Source of the DNA: Bdellovibrionota bacterium
Lineage (GTDB): Bacteria > Bdellovibrionota > UBA1018 > UBA923
Assembly (NCBI GenBank): GCA_040754655.1
Contig: JBFMCE010000039.1
Coordinates: 1 to 36,226 of the forward strand
Direction of reading: 5' to 3'
DNA length: 36,226 nucleotides
The notes beneath the pieces were generated by a model, which saw only the letters and a program-made list of their open reading frames with translations, was not told the origin of the DNA and did not search any database. This document shows, in pieces, positions 18,372 through 27,581 of the stretch. Every line of letters starts with the position of its first letter. Within the stretch, counting starts at the first letter, position 1. A program made the translations under genes and the position numbers.

Positions 18372-19514
18372 TCATGGCTTGCAAGCCTCGACCATCACTT
18401 TAGACCCCGCTGATCCTGCGTCTGTTGTTTCAATCTGCACCATTTGCGACGACGGATCATACTTGTGGTTTACCGACTTCTGGTCAACGGTCACGAGCAT
18501 GCTTTTTGTCTCGATGTCTTGCGCATTGGTCAGGGCGAAGCTCGTATTGAGTCGAAGTTGAATGGAAACGATATTCCCCAGGCGCGCAAGCGCTGTTGCA
18601 TAGTCGGGTTCGCTCAGGTCAAGCAATACCGGGTCGCTGGTCTTCTGGACAAGTTGCATAACGCCATGACCGATAGAGTCTTCTACACCGATTCCTCTGG
18701 GAACTTGTTTCGGATCGAGATGGGTGATCGCTCCCAGCGATAAGGCTGAATTCGATGCGTTTCTGCGAATCGCGCTGAACACGGAATCCGGAGTAACGCG
18801 TTCACTGCCATCTGCATTGACGCAATATCTATCGTATGCCGTGAGCTCGGTATCGCGGGTGGACCGCACGAAATCAGGAAAGGCGTTGAATCCGTGCAGA
18901 TCAGGTCGATAACAAAGGTCGTTTTCATCATTCACGAAGATGATCGAAAGCGCGGCATTGGAACGGTAAAAACCCTGATTCCTGATCGCCGTGATCTTGT
19001 CGCGGTCAAAACTCCGCAGCAGCGAGTACATCAAGACTTCGCCATTGGCCTCGTCAACATCGCTGGGACTTGCACTTAGAGTTTGGCGAAGGTCAGATTG
19101 GATCGTTGAAACGCTTTGTTTTTTTGAATCTAAAACCTTCCGGACTCCCGAAGCGGAATAAAGCGCGCCCGAGTGCGCGGATTTGCCTCCGTGACCCAGC
19201 ATGACCGAGATGCGATAGTCGGTGTCTGGCGAAAGTTGGGCAACGAACGCAGGGATCGTGGAAGCAATCCTCTGGCGCTCGTGAATCAAAGAGTCAGAGG
19301 TATCAACCACAAACAGCAAGTCGACCGATCGATCGTAAGTAGGCTGCGGTTGAGTGAATTCCCATCGAACGCGATTTTCCGGGCCACATTGGAGCCCCAG
19401 GGAATCGTCATCGGTCAGAGAGTCCGAAGAGTTTGGGTTTGATGAAAGCTCTACGGTCTTTCCGCAACCAAGGGCAATCCCAAGAAGCACGGTCATTGCG
19501 AGTAGTCGCTTCAT
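18372..19514 (-). CDS. Lipoprotein with VWA/MIDAS domain
   Basis: Lipobox IALGC; VDLLFVVDTSDS (DxSxS); FYRSNAALSIIFVNDEND. Confidence 0.8.
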   Translation of the reverse strand: MKRLLAMTVLLGIALGCGKTVELSSNPNSSDSLTDDDSLGLQCGPENRVRWEFTQPQPTYDRSVDLLFVVDTSDSLIHERQRIASTIPAFVAQLSPDTDYRISVMLGHGGKSAHSGALYSASGVRKVLDSKKQSVSTIQSDLRQTLSASPSDVDEANGEVLMYSLLRSFDRDKITAIRNQGFYRSNAALSIIFVNDENDLCYRPDLHGFNAFPDFVRSTRDTELTAYDRYCVNADGSERVTPDSVFSAIRRNASNSALSLGAITHLDPKQVPRGIGVEDSIGHGVMQLVQKTSDPVLLDLSEPDYATALARLGNIVSIQLRLNTSFALTNAQDIETKSMLVTVDQKSVNHKYDPSSQMVQIETTDAGSAGSKVMVEACKP

Positions 19515-20689
19515 TTCTTTGATCCTTTCTCTTGTATCTCAGGCGTCGCGAGTTTCATCAGAGGACGCAGTCGTTCAACCAACGGCTCAGGTCGATCCAC
19601 ACCGTAAAAAATAAGTTCAGTCCTGCGGTTCTTCGCCCAAGCAACCTTGTTATACGAAGGATCTATGGGTCGAAGATAGCTGTGGGCTTCGACGGAGGTT
19701 TTTTTGGTCGACGACGGGTCTAGGGTAAGACCGTCTTTCACAGAGACCGCTCTTTTTCTTGAAAGTTTGAGGTTGTAGTCAAATCGCCCTCTTCGGTCGG
19801 CATGCCCTGCGATCTCAGCCTTGTTCCAAGCATCGGGATTTTTATTCAGGTAAGCGCCCACGTCATGAAGAATGGCAAGCACTTCGGGCTTCACCTTAGA
19901 GGAGTTCGTTCCAAAGAAGACCTTCTGAGGATCAAGTTCGATATGAAGTTTACGCGGTGACTTTTGGATTCCTGAAATGGCAATCCGATCATCGAGATCG
20001 GGTTTCTCATTGGCTTTTCTTTTAAAAACCGGCAGACCCAGTTGAAGCCCTATTAGAGCAAAGAGGCTTTGCCGTTGGTTGATCGACAAGTCTGTCGAAA
20101 CTTGTTGCCAAAGGTTGATCGGATAGTCACCCGACTTCAGCGCGTATACGGACCGCACACCGGCGTAAAGATTTGTGTTTTGCTGCGTTCGTGCAGATCC
20201 AAATCCAGTATCGGTTCCGAATGCAAGGCCAAGCGATGGACCTAATTGCCAGCGGTCTGAGATGCGGTATCTGGCCGACAAGTCCGCCAAACCCGCGCGG
20301 GTGCGGATGTCGATAGTCCTGTCTCTGGCGTCGAGGCCGGCGATCTTGGTGTAGAACCAACTCAAGCCGCCTTCCAACACGAATTTCGGAAATTCATAAG
20401 CTAAGTTTCCTGACAAAATGTACTGCGCGCCATGAGGAGATTCCCTGAACTCAGTGCCAGAGACGACTCCATAACCCAGGCCTACTCCGAGAAAAGCCTT
20501 AAGGGGAGTGAGCGTATAGCGAGGCGATTCGGCTCGGGTCTCAAGTCGATTTTGTTGCGGCAACCCTGGCATTCGTGATTCCGCTTGAGCAGGGCTTATT
20601 GAATCGAAACCAACAAGTCTTGTCGCAACGAATAAGTGACAAAGGAGCCTAAGCGCGCTTGGTCTGAGCTTTATTCTGAGTCCTTGCAT
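19511..20689 (-). CDS. OmpA-family outer membrane protein (beta-barrel plus peptidoglycan-binding domain)
   Basis: Alternating beta strands, then FGTNSS, IAGHAD, YNLKLSRKRA, NRRTE. Confidence 0.85.
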   Translation of the reverse strand: MQGLRIKLRPSALRLLCHLFVATRLVGFDSISPAQAESRMPGLPQQNRLETRAESPRYTLTPLKAFLGVGLGYGVVSGTEFRESPHGAQYILSGNLAYEFPKFVLEGGLSWFYTKIAGLDARDRTIDIRTRAGLADLSARYRISDRWQLGPSLGLAFGTDTGFGSARTQQNTNLYAGVRSVYALKSGDYPINLWQQVSTDLSINQRQSLFALIGLQLGLPVFKRKANEKPDLDDRIAISGIQKSPRKLHIELDPQKVFFGTNSSKVKPEVLAILHDVGAYLNKNPDAWNKAEIAGHADRRGRFDYNLKLSRKRAVSVKDGLTLDPSSTKKTSVEAHSYLRPIDPSYNKVAWAKNRRTELIFYGVDRPEPLVERLRPLMKLATPEIQEKGSKK

Positions 20690-20848
20690 GAGCCCTCTAG
20701 TTCTTAGATTTGAGGAAACGATTGAAGAGATACGTTAATCAGAACTTCAGCCAGTCTCAAGCCTTCTCTTTAGAAAAATGGGCGACTTTGGCCGTTCGAC
20801 TGTTGGAGGCGGGCTTCTCGTGGTAAGAACGCAAAATACGGAGAACCT

Positions 20849-22144
20849 ATGCGCCATGAACTCAAATACCTCAGTGGATTTGGAAACCATTTTTCCACGG
20901 AAGCGATTCCGGGAGCCCTGCCTCAGGGACAGAATTCCCCGCAGAAGGTGCCGTTTGGCCTGTATGCCGAGCAGCTCAGCGGAACGGCGTTCACTGTCGC
21001 GCGACACGAGAACCAGCGCAGCTGGCTTTATCGCATTCGTCCCAGCGTGGTGCACACGCAGTTCAAGCTTCAGCGCCAGGGCCTCTTTGGGCCGGTAAAC
21101 GAGGCTACGCCAGTCACTCCCAATCAACTGAGATGGGATCCTCTCCCATATCCTGAAAAACCAACGGACTTTATTGATGGTTTGATCACAGTTGCCGAAA
21201 GCGGGGCTTGCGAACAGCAAAGCGGGGCGGCGGTGCATCTGTACGCCGCGACCCAGTCGATGGAAGACCGGTATTTCTACAATGCAGATGGTGAATTGAT
21301 GATTGTCCCGCAAGAGGGCGGGCTGGTGTTGCGCACTGAGTTTGGGCTTTTAGAGCTCAAGCCTGGCGAGATCGCGGTCGTGCAACGAGGGATGAAGTTT
21401 CAGGTGGCCCTCGCCGAGCAGAAGGCGAGGGGGTTTGTTTGCGAGAATTATGGTTCATTGTTCAGGCTTCCCCAGTTGGGTCCTATCGGAGCCAATGGCC
21501 TTGCAAACACGCGAGATTTTCTAGCTCCCACTGCGTGGTACGAGGAAAAGAGCGGCAAGTTCGAAGTCGTCTCGAAGTTCTGCGGCAATTTGTGGAGTGC
21601 GACCCTTGAGCATTCTCCGCTTGATGTGATGGCCTGGCACGGAAATTATGCGCCTTATAAGTATGACTTGAGTTTGTTTCAGACGATAAACACGGTGAGT
21701 TTCGACCATCCTGATCCATCGATCTTTACGGTCCTGACTTCTCCCTCTGAGCTTCCCGGCGTGGGAAACCTTGATGTAACGATCTTTCCGCCGCGATGGA
21801 TGGTGGCAGAGCACACGTTCCGGCCTCCTTACTTTCACCGCAATTGCATGAGTGAGTATTTGGCGCTCATCTACGGCGTGTATGACGGAAAAACGAAAGG
21901 AGGCTTCGTGCCCGGAGGCGCAAGCTTGCACAACCGGATGTCGGCCCATGGCCCTGATACGGCAGCATACGAGAAGGCGACATCCACCGAACTTAAGCCC
22001 GAATATATCAAAGGAACGATGGCCATCTTGTTTGAGAGCAGGCTGGCGTTTCGTCCGAGCGCTTGGGCACTAAAGACCGAGCTATTGCAAAAAGACTATC
22101 AGCAGGCTTGGAAGGGTTTAACGAGCCACTTCAAGCGGCCTTGA
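20849..22144 (+). CDS. hmgA: Homogentisate 1,2-dioxygenase
   Basis: [54 protein letters not shown]. Confidence 0.97.
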   Translation: MRHELKYLSGFGNHFSTEAIPGALPQGQNSPQKVPFGLYAEQLSGTAFTVARHENQRSWLYRIRPSVVHTQFKLQRQGLFGPVNEATPVTPNQLRWDPLPYPEKPTDFIDGLITVAESGACEQQSGAAVHLYAATQSMEDRYFYNADGELMIVPQEGGLVLRTEFGLLELKPGEIAVVQRGMKFQVALAEQKARGFVCENYGSLFRLPQLGPIGANGLANTRDFLAPTAWYEEKSGKFEVVSKFCGNLWSATLEHSPLDVMAWHGNYAPYKYDLSLFQTINTVSFDHPDPSIFTVLTSPSELPGVGNLDVTIFPPRWMVAEHTFRPPYFHRNCMSEYLALIYGVYDGKTKGGFVPGGASLHNRMSAHGPDTAAYEKATSTELKPEYIKGTMAILFESRLAFRPSAWALKTELLQKDYQQAWKGLTSHFKRP

Positions 22145-22276
22145 AGGGTCGAACCGAACAAGAAGCTCTTTTCCCGCGCCATGCCATGGCAAAAGTTGCC
22201 TAAGGTTGTTTCTTTCGCGTGCGGTTTGCGAATAAAATGAAGCTGGGAGTTGGAGATGGATCTTCGCTTTCGGCCT

Positions 22277-23407
22277 ATGAATTCCATTCGTCTTGTTGCC
22301 CCATTTTTTTTTGTTTTATGCCTGCCTTTGCTTTCCGCTTGTTCAAAATCGGGGGAAATCTTGCAGGGGCTGGGCCAGCCAAGTTCGCCTAATGCGCCAG
22401 GTGAGGCTTCCTTCGTGGTTGAGGTGGTTGAAGCTCTGCAAGATCGTTTGGTGTTGATTCAGAACGCCGATGGCGGCTGGGATTGGAGCTCGTTGCCTGA
22501 CGAACTTGAGAACTCTACCCAAGCCGAAACCGAGCATGCGAATATGTTCGGAGTGAATGCGCTGGGCGTTCTTGACGCTCATCGCGTGACTCAAAAACCT
22601 GCTGCGAGGGCGGCGGTTGAGAAGACGGTTTCTGCTTTGATGGCTAAGCCTTTGAGTCGAACAAAGCGCCTGTACAGTAGCGATTGCGAGCTTTTAGTTC
22701 GAGCGGGCCAATCTTTTCAAGATTCAACGGTGCGTGACAAGGGGTACGCCTGCCAAGTCGTGGAAAAAGAATTTTTCGCCGCGATTCATCTTTTAGGCAA
22801 AACCTCGCCGCAAGAGAAGAAAGTCGAAGAATTGACCCAACAGCAAATTGATTCCGTGACCGATACGCAACTAGCTCTGGCTGCGCGCGCGCGTTCGATT
22901 TCGATGGGACGAACTGCCAATCTAAGGGCTTTTGATTGGACTTCAAGGATGCGAGTCGCGCTCGAACGCGGGGATACTCGTTATCATCGAGCGTTTGCGG
23001 AGGTCGTGGCGATGGATTACCACGATCTTTCGGTAGAAAAAGATTGGTTTCTCTTGGGCCTCGCGGCAACGATTTCAAATCTCATCTCGTTGCGTTCAGA
23101 AGCGCAGTTTGAAGCGATCGTCGAAGAGGCGCGGATAAGGCTTTTGGGTTTCCAAAAAGAAAGTGGTCTGTTTGAAGGGGTTTCTTCGAACGGATCAAAA
23201 AAACATGGGTCGATACAAGATCAGGCCTTCATTGCGCGAGCGCTCATTGCGCTGAATGAGAAAGCATCTCTTCTTAAGCTGGCCGTTGCCCTGAAAAACA
23301 AGATGCTGCCTAGCGGGAATTTCATCGAATCCGATGGGAAAGAGACCCCAGAGACTGAGTCCGAGCTTTTGACCAGCCTCGTTTTGTATTTAGAAGACAA
23401 AAACTAA
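22277..23407 (+). CDS. Lipoprotein with prenyltransferase/squalene-cyclase-like alpha-barrel repeats
   Basis: Lipobox LLSAC; QW-type motifs IQNADGGW, FQKESGLF, MLPSGNF. Confidence 0.6.
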   Translation: MNSIRLVAPFFFVLCLPLLSACSKSGEILQGLGQPSSPNAPGEASFVVEVVEALQDRLVLIQNADGGWDWSSLPDELENSTQAETEHANMFGVNALGVLDAHRVTQKPAARAAVEKTVSALMAKPLSRTKRLYSSDCELLVRAGQSFQDSTVRDKGYACQVVEKEFFAAIHLLGKTSPQEKKVEELTQQQIDSVTDTQLALAARARSISMGRTANLRAFDWTSRMRVALERGDTRYHRAFAEVVAMDYHDLSVEKDWFLLGLAATISNLISLRSEAQFEAIVEEARIRLLGFQKESGLFEGVSSNGSKKHGSIQDQAFIARALIALNEKASLLKLAVALKNKMLPSGNFIESDGKETPETESELLTSLVLYLEDKN

Positions 23408-23503
23408 ATGCTTTATATTTTGTTCACCCTTCCTTTGCCGCAGAACCGTTGACTGCTTGGTTTTCGAATTTAGATTGGGCTGGTGGAAAAAGGGGGCCCA
23501 TCT

Positions 23504-23953
23504 ATGATCCAAAAAATAATTTCCGTTGTTTTGTTTCTGACAAGTTCGATGGCTTCGGCTTCGACTGTCGCATCGACGGTCGAGTCTGGTGTTCCGCAAA
23601 GCGCGGTGACTCTTCAAGCAAGAATCGATTTCAAGGAAGGCCTGCTCTACTATCGAACGCATGCTGAGTTGCCCCTGGCTTTGAGTGACGGCCAAGAACG
23701 ACGCATTCGCGTACGTTTCAAGGGCAGACCCATTTCCATGCTCTTCATCGTTCGAGCTTCGAAGCTGAATTTCTCGAGCGACTCTCAGGCCTGGGCTTTT
23801 GAAGTGGCTGAACTGAGGCAAGAATCGGGTGGAGGCGACGTTCCCGCCGATTTAAACCGATTCATTTTGAGTCCTGGCGATTCGAAGGAACTTCATTTCG
23901 GGATTTGGCACCAAGGGCAGCTTCATAAGATTAGAATGACCTTGGGCCTCTAA
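23504..23953 (+). CDS. Hypothetical secreted protein
   Basis: MIQKIISVVLFLTSSMASA signal peptide; AAGGGGG Shine-Dalgarno. Confidence 0.65.
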   Translation: MIQKIISVVLFLTSSMASASTVASTVESGVPQSAVTLQARIDFKEGLLYYRTHAELPLALSDGQERRIRVRFKGRPISMLFIVRASKLNFSSDSQAWAFEVAELRQESGGGDVPADLNRFILSPGDSKELHFGIWHQGQLHKIRMTLGL

Positions 23954-24002
23954 AATTCGGCCAGCGAAAAGATCTGTCTCATGTTACAGTGCTAAACGAA
24001 TC

Positions 24003-25130
24003 ATGAAACAGATCGTGGTATTCGCCGGCACCCGGCCGGAAATCATCAAGATGGCTCCCGTCGTTCGGGAACTGAAATCACGCGCCGCGAACTCACGGCA
24101 GCGTTGGAAGGTTCATTTTTGCTTCTCGGGCCAGCATCTTGAGATCGCCCTTCCTTTCCTTGAGTTCTTTGAGATTGAGCCGGACTCGACCCTTGAACTG
24201 ATGAGCCCTGGGCAAAGCCTTGGTCAATTGACGGCGCGGGGAGCGACGCAGCTGGATTCTTTTTTTGAAAGAACTCCGGGATGTGTTGCCGCATTGGTGC
24301 AAGGCGACACGACTACGGCGTTTGTCGCGGCTCTTTCCGCGTTTTATCATGGCATACCCGTGGGGCACGTCGAGGCTGGGCTGAGAACCTCGAGTATCTC
24401 GCAACCTTTCCCGGAAGAATTGAATCGACGGTTGATTGGAAGAATCGCGACTTGGCACTATGCGCCCACAAAAAAAGCATCTGAGACGTTGCGATCAGAA
24501 AAAGTAGCCCAAGATGCGGTTCTCATCACTGGCAATACAGGCATAGACTCGCTTCTTTGGACGGCTGCAAGAGGATGGGAGCCTCGGGATGGCGCGCTAC
24601 GCAACTTGGAGGGAAAACGAATCGCGCTCGTCACAGTGCATCGACGCGAGAATATCGGAGCTCCGCTAGAAAACATCGCACAAGCCTTAAGGAGACTCGC
24701 CCAATCCTTTGGCGATGTGCAATTCATTCTTCCCGTCCATCCCAACCCCAAGGTTTCAGAGATCGTGAGATGCAATCTTTCCGGTCTTCCCAATTTTCAT
24801 CTCACCCCGCCGCTTGAGTATGGCGATTTGGTCTGGGCTATGAAGCAAGCAGAGCTCATCTTGAGCGACTCCGGCGGGATTCAGGAAGAAGCGCCTAGCT
24901 TAAGCAAACCCGTAATCGTTTTAAGAGATGAGACCGAACGCCCTGAAGCCATAGAGTATGGCACTTCGATCTTGGTCGGATCGAATGCCAATGCGATCTT
25001 CACCACCGCTAGCGAATTCTTGGGAAAAAAACGTCGGATTGAACCTACTGGCAAATCGAATCCCTATGGGGACGGATTCGCCAATCATAAGATTGCCGAC
25101 CACCTGTTAAACGTATTAAACCTAGATTGA
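24003..25130 (+). CDS. wecB: UDP-N-acetylglucosamine 2-epimerase (non-hydrolysing)
   Basis: GTRPEIIKMAP, VQGDTTT, HVEAGLR, PFPEELNR, SDSGGIQEEAP, NPYGDG. Confidence 0.95.
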   Translation: MKQIVVFAGTRPEIIKMAPVVRELKSRAANSRQRWKVHFCFSGQHLEIALPFLEFFEIEPDSTLELMSPGQSLGQLTARGATQLDSFFERTPGCVAALVQGDTTTAFVAALSAFYHGIPVGHVEAGLRTSSISQPFPEELNRRLIGRIATWHYAPTKKASETLRSEKVAQDAVLITGNTGIDSLLWTAARGWEPRDGALRNLEGKRIALVTVHRRENIGAPLENIAQALRRLAQSFGDVQFILPVHPNPKVSEIVRCNLSGLPNFHLTPPLEYGDLVWAMKQAELILSDSGGIQEEAPSLSKPVIVLRDETERPEAIEYGTSILVGSNANAIFTTASEFLGKKRRIEPTGKSNPYGDGFANHKIADHLLNVLNLD

Positions 25131-26749
25131 TGAAATCCCTTAGAGTGATCTTGGCAACGAGTTTTGTCTTAAGCCTGATGGTCTGGTTGATCCACTCGAT
25201 GCATTGGTGGGTGCATCTTGAAGGCGATAACCCGTTGTATTCGGTGATGAGCATGGAAGTGCTTCGAGGGAAACACTTTTTCGTGACCGCTGGCCAAGTG
25301 CATGGGGGAACGCCGCTGGTCTACCTGCGAGCGTTCTTGTTTTCGATCTTTGGCATCTCGACTTTTCTAGGGTTTTTTGTGAGCGGAGTCGTAATCGCGC
25401 TTTCAGTTGTGCTTTGGGCACGTTTCGCTTTTTTGGTTGCCGGCCCAGTGGCCGGGTGGGTGATGGGCGTTTTGGGCGCCATTGGAACCGAAGGATTCGT
25501 TCGTCCTGCTTTGACCGACTATTACGGGGTCTCTCTATTGACCGGAGGGCTGCTCTTGAATGCGGCTCTGGCTTTGGCTAAACGACCCTCGTTTACGTTC
25601 AGGTCAAGCTTTTTGATAGGCCTGCTGGCTGGTTTCGCCATCTATATTTGCCGGTTTTCTTTTCTGTATATTTTAAGCGCGGCGCTGTTTTTCTTCGCTC
25701 TCATCCCAGCATCGAGGAGAAACGAGCTCTTTCCGACGGGTATAAAAAAAAGTGATCTGCTTGGGCGGGTGCTTTTTTATGCAAGCATCGCTGGGCTTTT
25801 GCTTTCCATCGTCGCTTTTTTTGTTTCAGATCGTTTTTTGGGGATAAACGCCGAGAAGACCCTGAAGTATTCAGTTGTAGGCTTCGCTGTGGCGTGGCTT
25901 TCCCAGCGGTGGAAGCTTGTCTTGAAAAAAGCGCCTATGCTCTTGCTTGCAGGCCTCGGGTTTATTCTGGGTCTCTTGCCTGAATTGGCTTACAGGCTGA
26001 CTCATCCGGCTCATGCCGATCGCGTGACGGGTCTGGTGCGGTGGGGGGATATCGCTTCGTTGCTTGGTCAGTTGCCTTTCAGGATCGGATTTAACTTTAG
26101 CTTTTACCATCCTCTGACCTTGGGGCTTTTCGCGGTGTTTTGTTGGTTGGTTGTCTTGGGGTTGGGTTGGTATTCGAAAAGAAGGTTGCTTTACGCCGCT
26201 GCTTTCATTTCGGCCATTCTTCCCATAGGGGCTTGGTTTGGCATCCATACCTATATGTACCTGGTTGTGCAGTATTTTTTTCCCGCGTTTTTCCCCCTTT
26301 ATCTTGCCTTAGCCATAGCCGTGGCTTTGAGCAAGTCGCAGAAGTTGGCTGCGGCCTTCGTCGTGCCAGTAGCTCTTATCGGGTTGTCTGATGTCATTCT
26401 CAATACGAGGCAACCCAATCCTTTTCAAGAAAGCCGAATTCTAGAACGCTTGCAGGAATGGCAAGACAAGTATGACGTGAAGATGGGTTTTGGCCATTAT
26501 CCCTCGAACTACAACTTGATGTTTGCAGCCGAGGGACGCTGGAAGATCCCATTTTTCGAGGCGGATGAACGTTTTCCGGGATTTCAAGATGAAGTCAGGC
26601 GTGAAAAAAGGATCTTCTACATCAGAAAAGACGGGGATCGTAGGGAACCCTTGGACATTTCGCGCTACCGCGTGCTTGACCAAGCTCGGCTTTCACACGG
26701 CTTTGAAATCAAGGTCTTGGAAAAAACCTTCATGAAGGATTCGAAGTAG
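25127..26749 (+). CDS. Polytopic membrane protein, putative GT-C glycosyltransferase
   Basis: First TM followed by an acidic loop (LEGDN), many TMs and a soluble C-terminal domain; located in a glycan cluster. Confidence 0.6.
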   Translation: MMKSLRVILATSFVLSLMVWLIHSMHWWVHLEGDNPLYSVMSMEVLRGKHFFVTAGQVHGGTPLVYLRAFLFSIFGISTFLGFFVSGVVIALSVVLWARFAFLVAGPVAGWVMGVLGAIGTEGFVRPALTDYYGVSLLTGGLLLNAALALAKRPSFTFRSSFLIGLLAGFAIYICRFSFLYILSAALFFFALIPASRRNELFPTGIKKSDLLGRVLFYASIAGLLLSIVAFFVSDRFLGINAEKTLKYSVVGFAVAWLSQRWKLVLKKAPMLLLAGLGFILGLLPELAYRLTHPAHADRVTGLVRWGDIASLLGQLPFRIGFNFSFYHPLTLGLFAVFCWLVVLGLGWYSKRRLLYAAAFISAILPIGAWFGIHTYMYLVVQYFFPAFFPLYLALAIAVALSKSQKLAAAFVVPVALIGLSDVILNTRQPNPFQESRILERLQEWQDKYDVKMGFGHYPSNYNLMFAAEGRWKIPFFEADERFPGFQDEVRREKRIFYIRKDGDRREPLDISRYRVLDQARLSHGFEIKVLEKTFMKDSK

Positions 26750-27545
26750 TATTTTCTTGAGACGAGCTTGGTAGCCTTGAAGGAATTGAAACAGGTTTCT
26801 TTTCAGCAATCCCTAACCTTCTTCGAACCAAAAGTTTAAGAGTGTCAAACACCGTCTGAGCCACTTTCATCTTACTTAAACCAGGTTTGAGGTCGTATCT
26901 CAATACGAGCGGCACTTCGGTGAAGACAAGGTGCTGCTCTCGAAGGCGCAATAAGATGTCGACCATGCAAGAAAAACCACGCTCTGAGATGAACTCCCGG
27001 CCATAACGCTCGACAAGTTCTTTCATCACTCGGGCCCGGTAGGCGCGGTAACCGCAAGTGTAATCGCGAATGCCGCGAATCGGAAAGAACACCCTAAAAA
27101 GCCATGCGGCTCCGGCGCTCAAAATCACTCTCTGCCAAGAAACGCCTCTTACGTGGCTGCCTTCGCGATAACGACTTGCGACCACAACGTCGTTGCCTTC
27201 GCGAATCAGCCTGGCCATTCTCAACGCAAGACCCGCTGGGTGAGTGTTGTCTGCATCCATTGTGACGATGATGTCGCGTTCATCCGCGAGCTTCACGGCC
27301 TCCATCAATCCACGGCGCATCGTTTCGGCTAGGCCTTTGTTGGGGTTGTTGTGCAAGACAATCACATTGGCTTTCGCGCGATAGCTCTCGGCGACTTGTG
27401 CTGTCTGGTCTTTGCTGCCGTCGTTTACTACAATGATGGTGTATTGCTTGTGATCCTCAGAGAGATGCTCAATCAGAGAATCTAAGAGCAAGGGCAGAGC
27501 AGACTCTTCATTATAAGCCGGAAGGACGACCCAGATCTTTGACAT
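26730..27545 (-). CDS. GT2 polyprenol-phosphate glycosyltransferase (DPM1-like)
   Basis: VLPAYNE, VNDGSKD, TMDADNTH, VVASRY, DYTCGYRAY; start at MSKIW. Confidence 0.88.
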   Translation of the reverse strand: MSKIWVVLPAYNEESALPLLLDSLIEHLSEDHKQYTIIVVNDGSKDQTAQVAESYRAKANVIVLHNNPNKGLAETMRRGLMEAVKLADERDIIVTMDADNTHPAGLALRMARLIREGNDVVVASRYREGSHVRGVSWQRVILSAGAAWLFRVFFPIRGIRDYTCGYRAYRARVMKELVERYGREFISERGFSCMVDILLRLREQHLVFTEVPLVLRYDLKPGLSKMKVAQTVFDTLKLLVRRRLGIAEKKPVSIPSRLPSSSQENTTSNPS

Positions 27546-27581
27546 CCTAGGCATCATAGACCAGAATTCGTGCTATGTCAG
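27539..27581. promoter_or_regulatory. Overlapping divergent sigma70-like promoters, both with leaderless geometry
   Basis: Plus: TTGACA-17-CAGAAT-7-ATG 27575. Minus: CTGACA-17-TATGAT-7-ATG 27545. Confidence 0.7.

Noticed and set aside
20747..21313. 188-aa antisense ORF, representative of many shadow ORFs in the track
   Set aside because: Antisense to well-supported genes such as hmgA, with no recognisable motifs.
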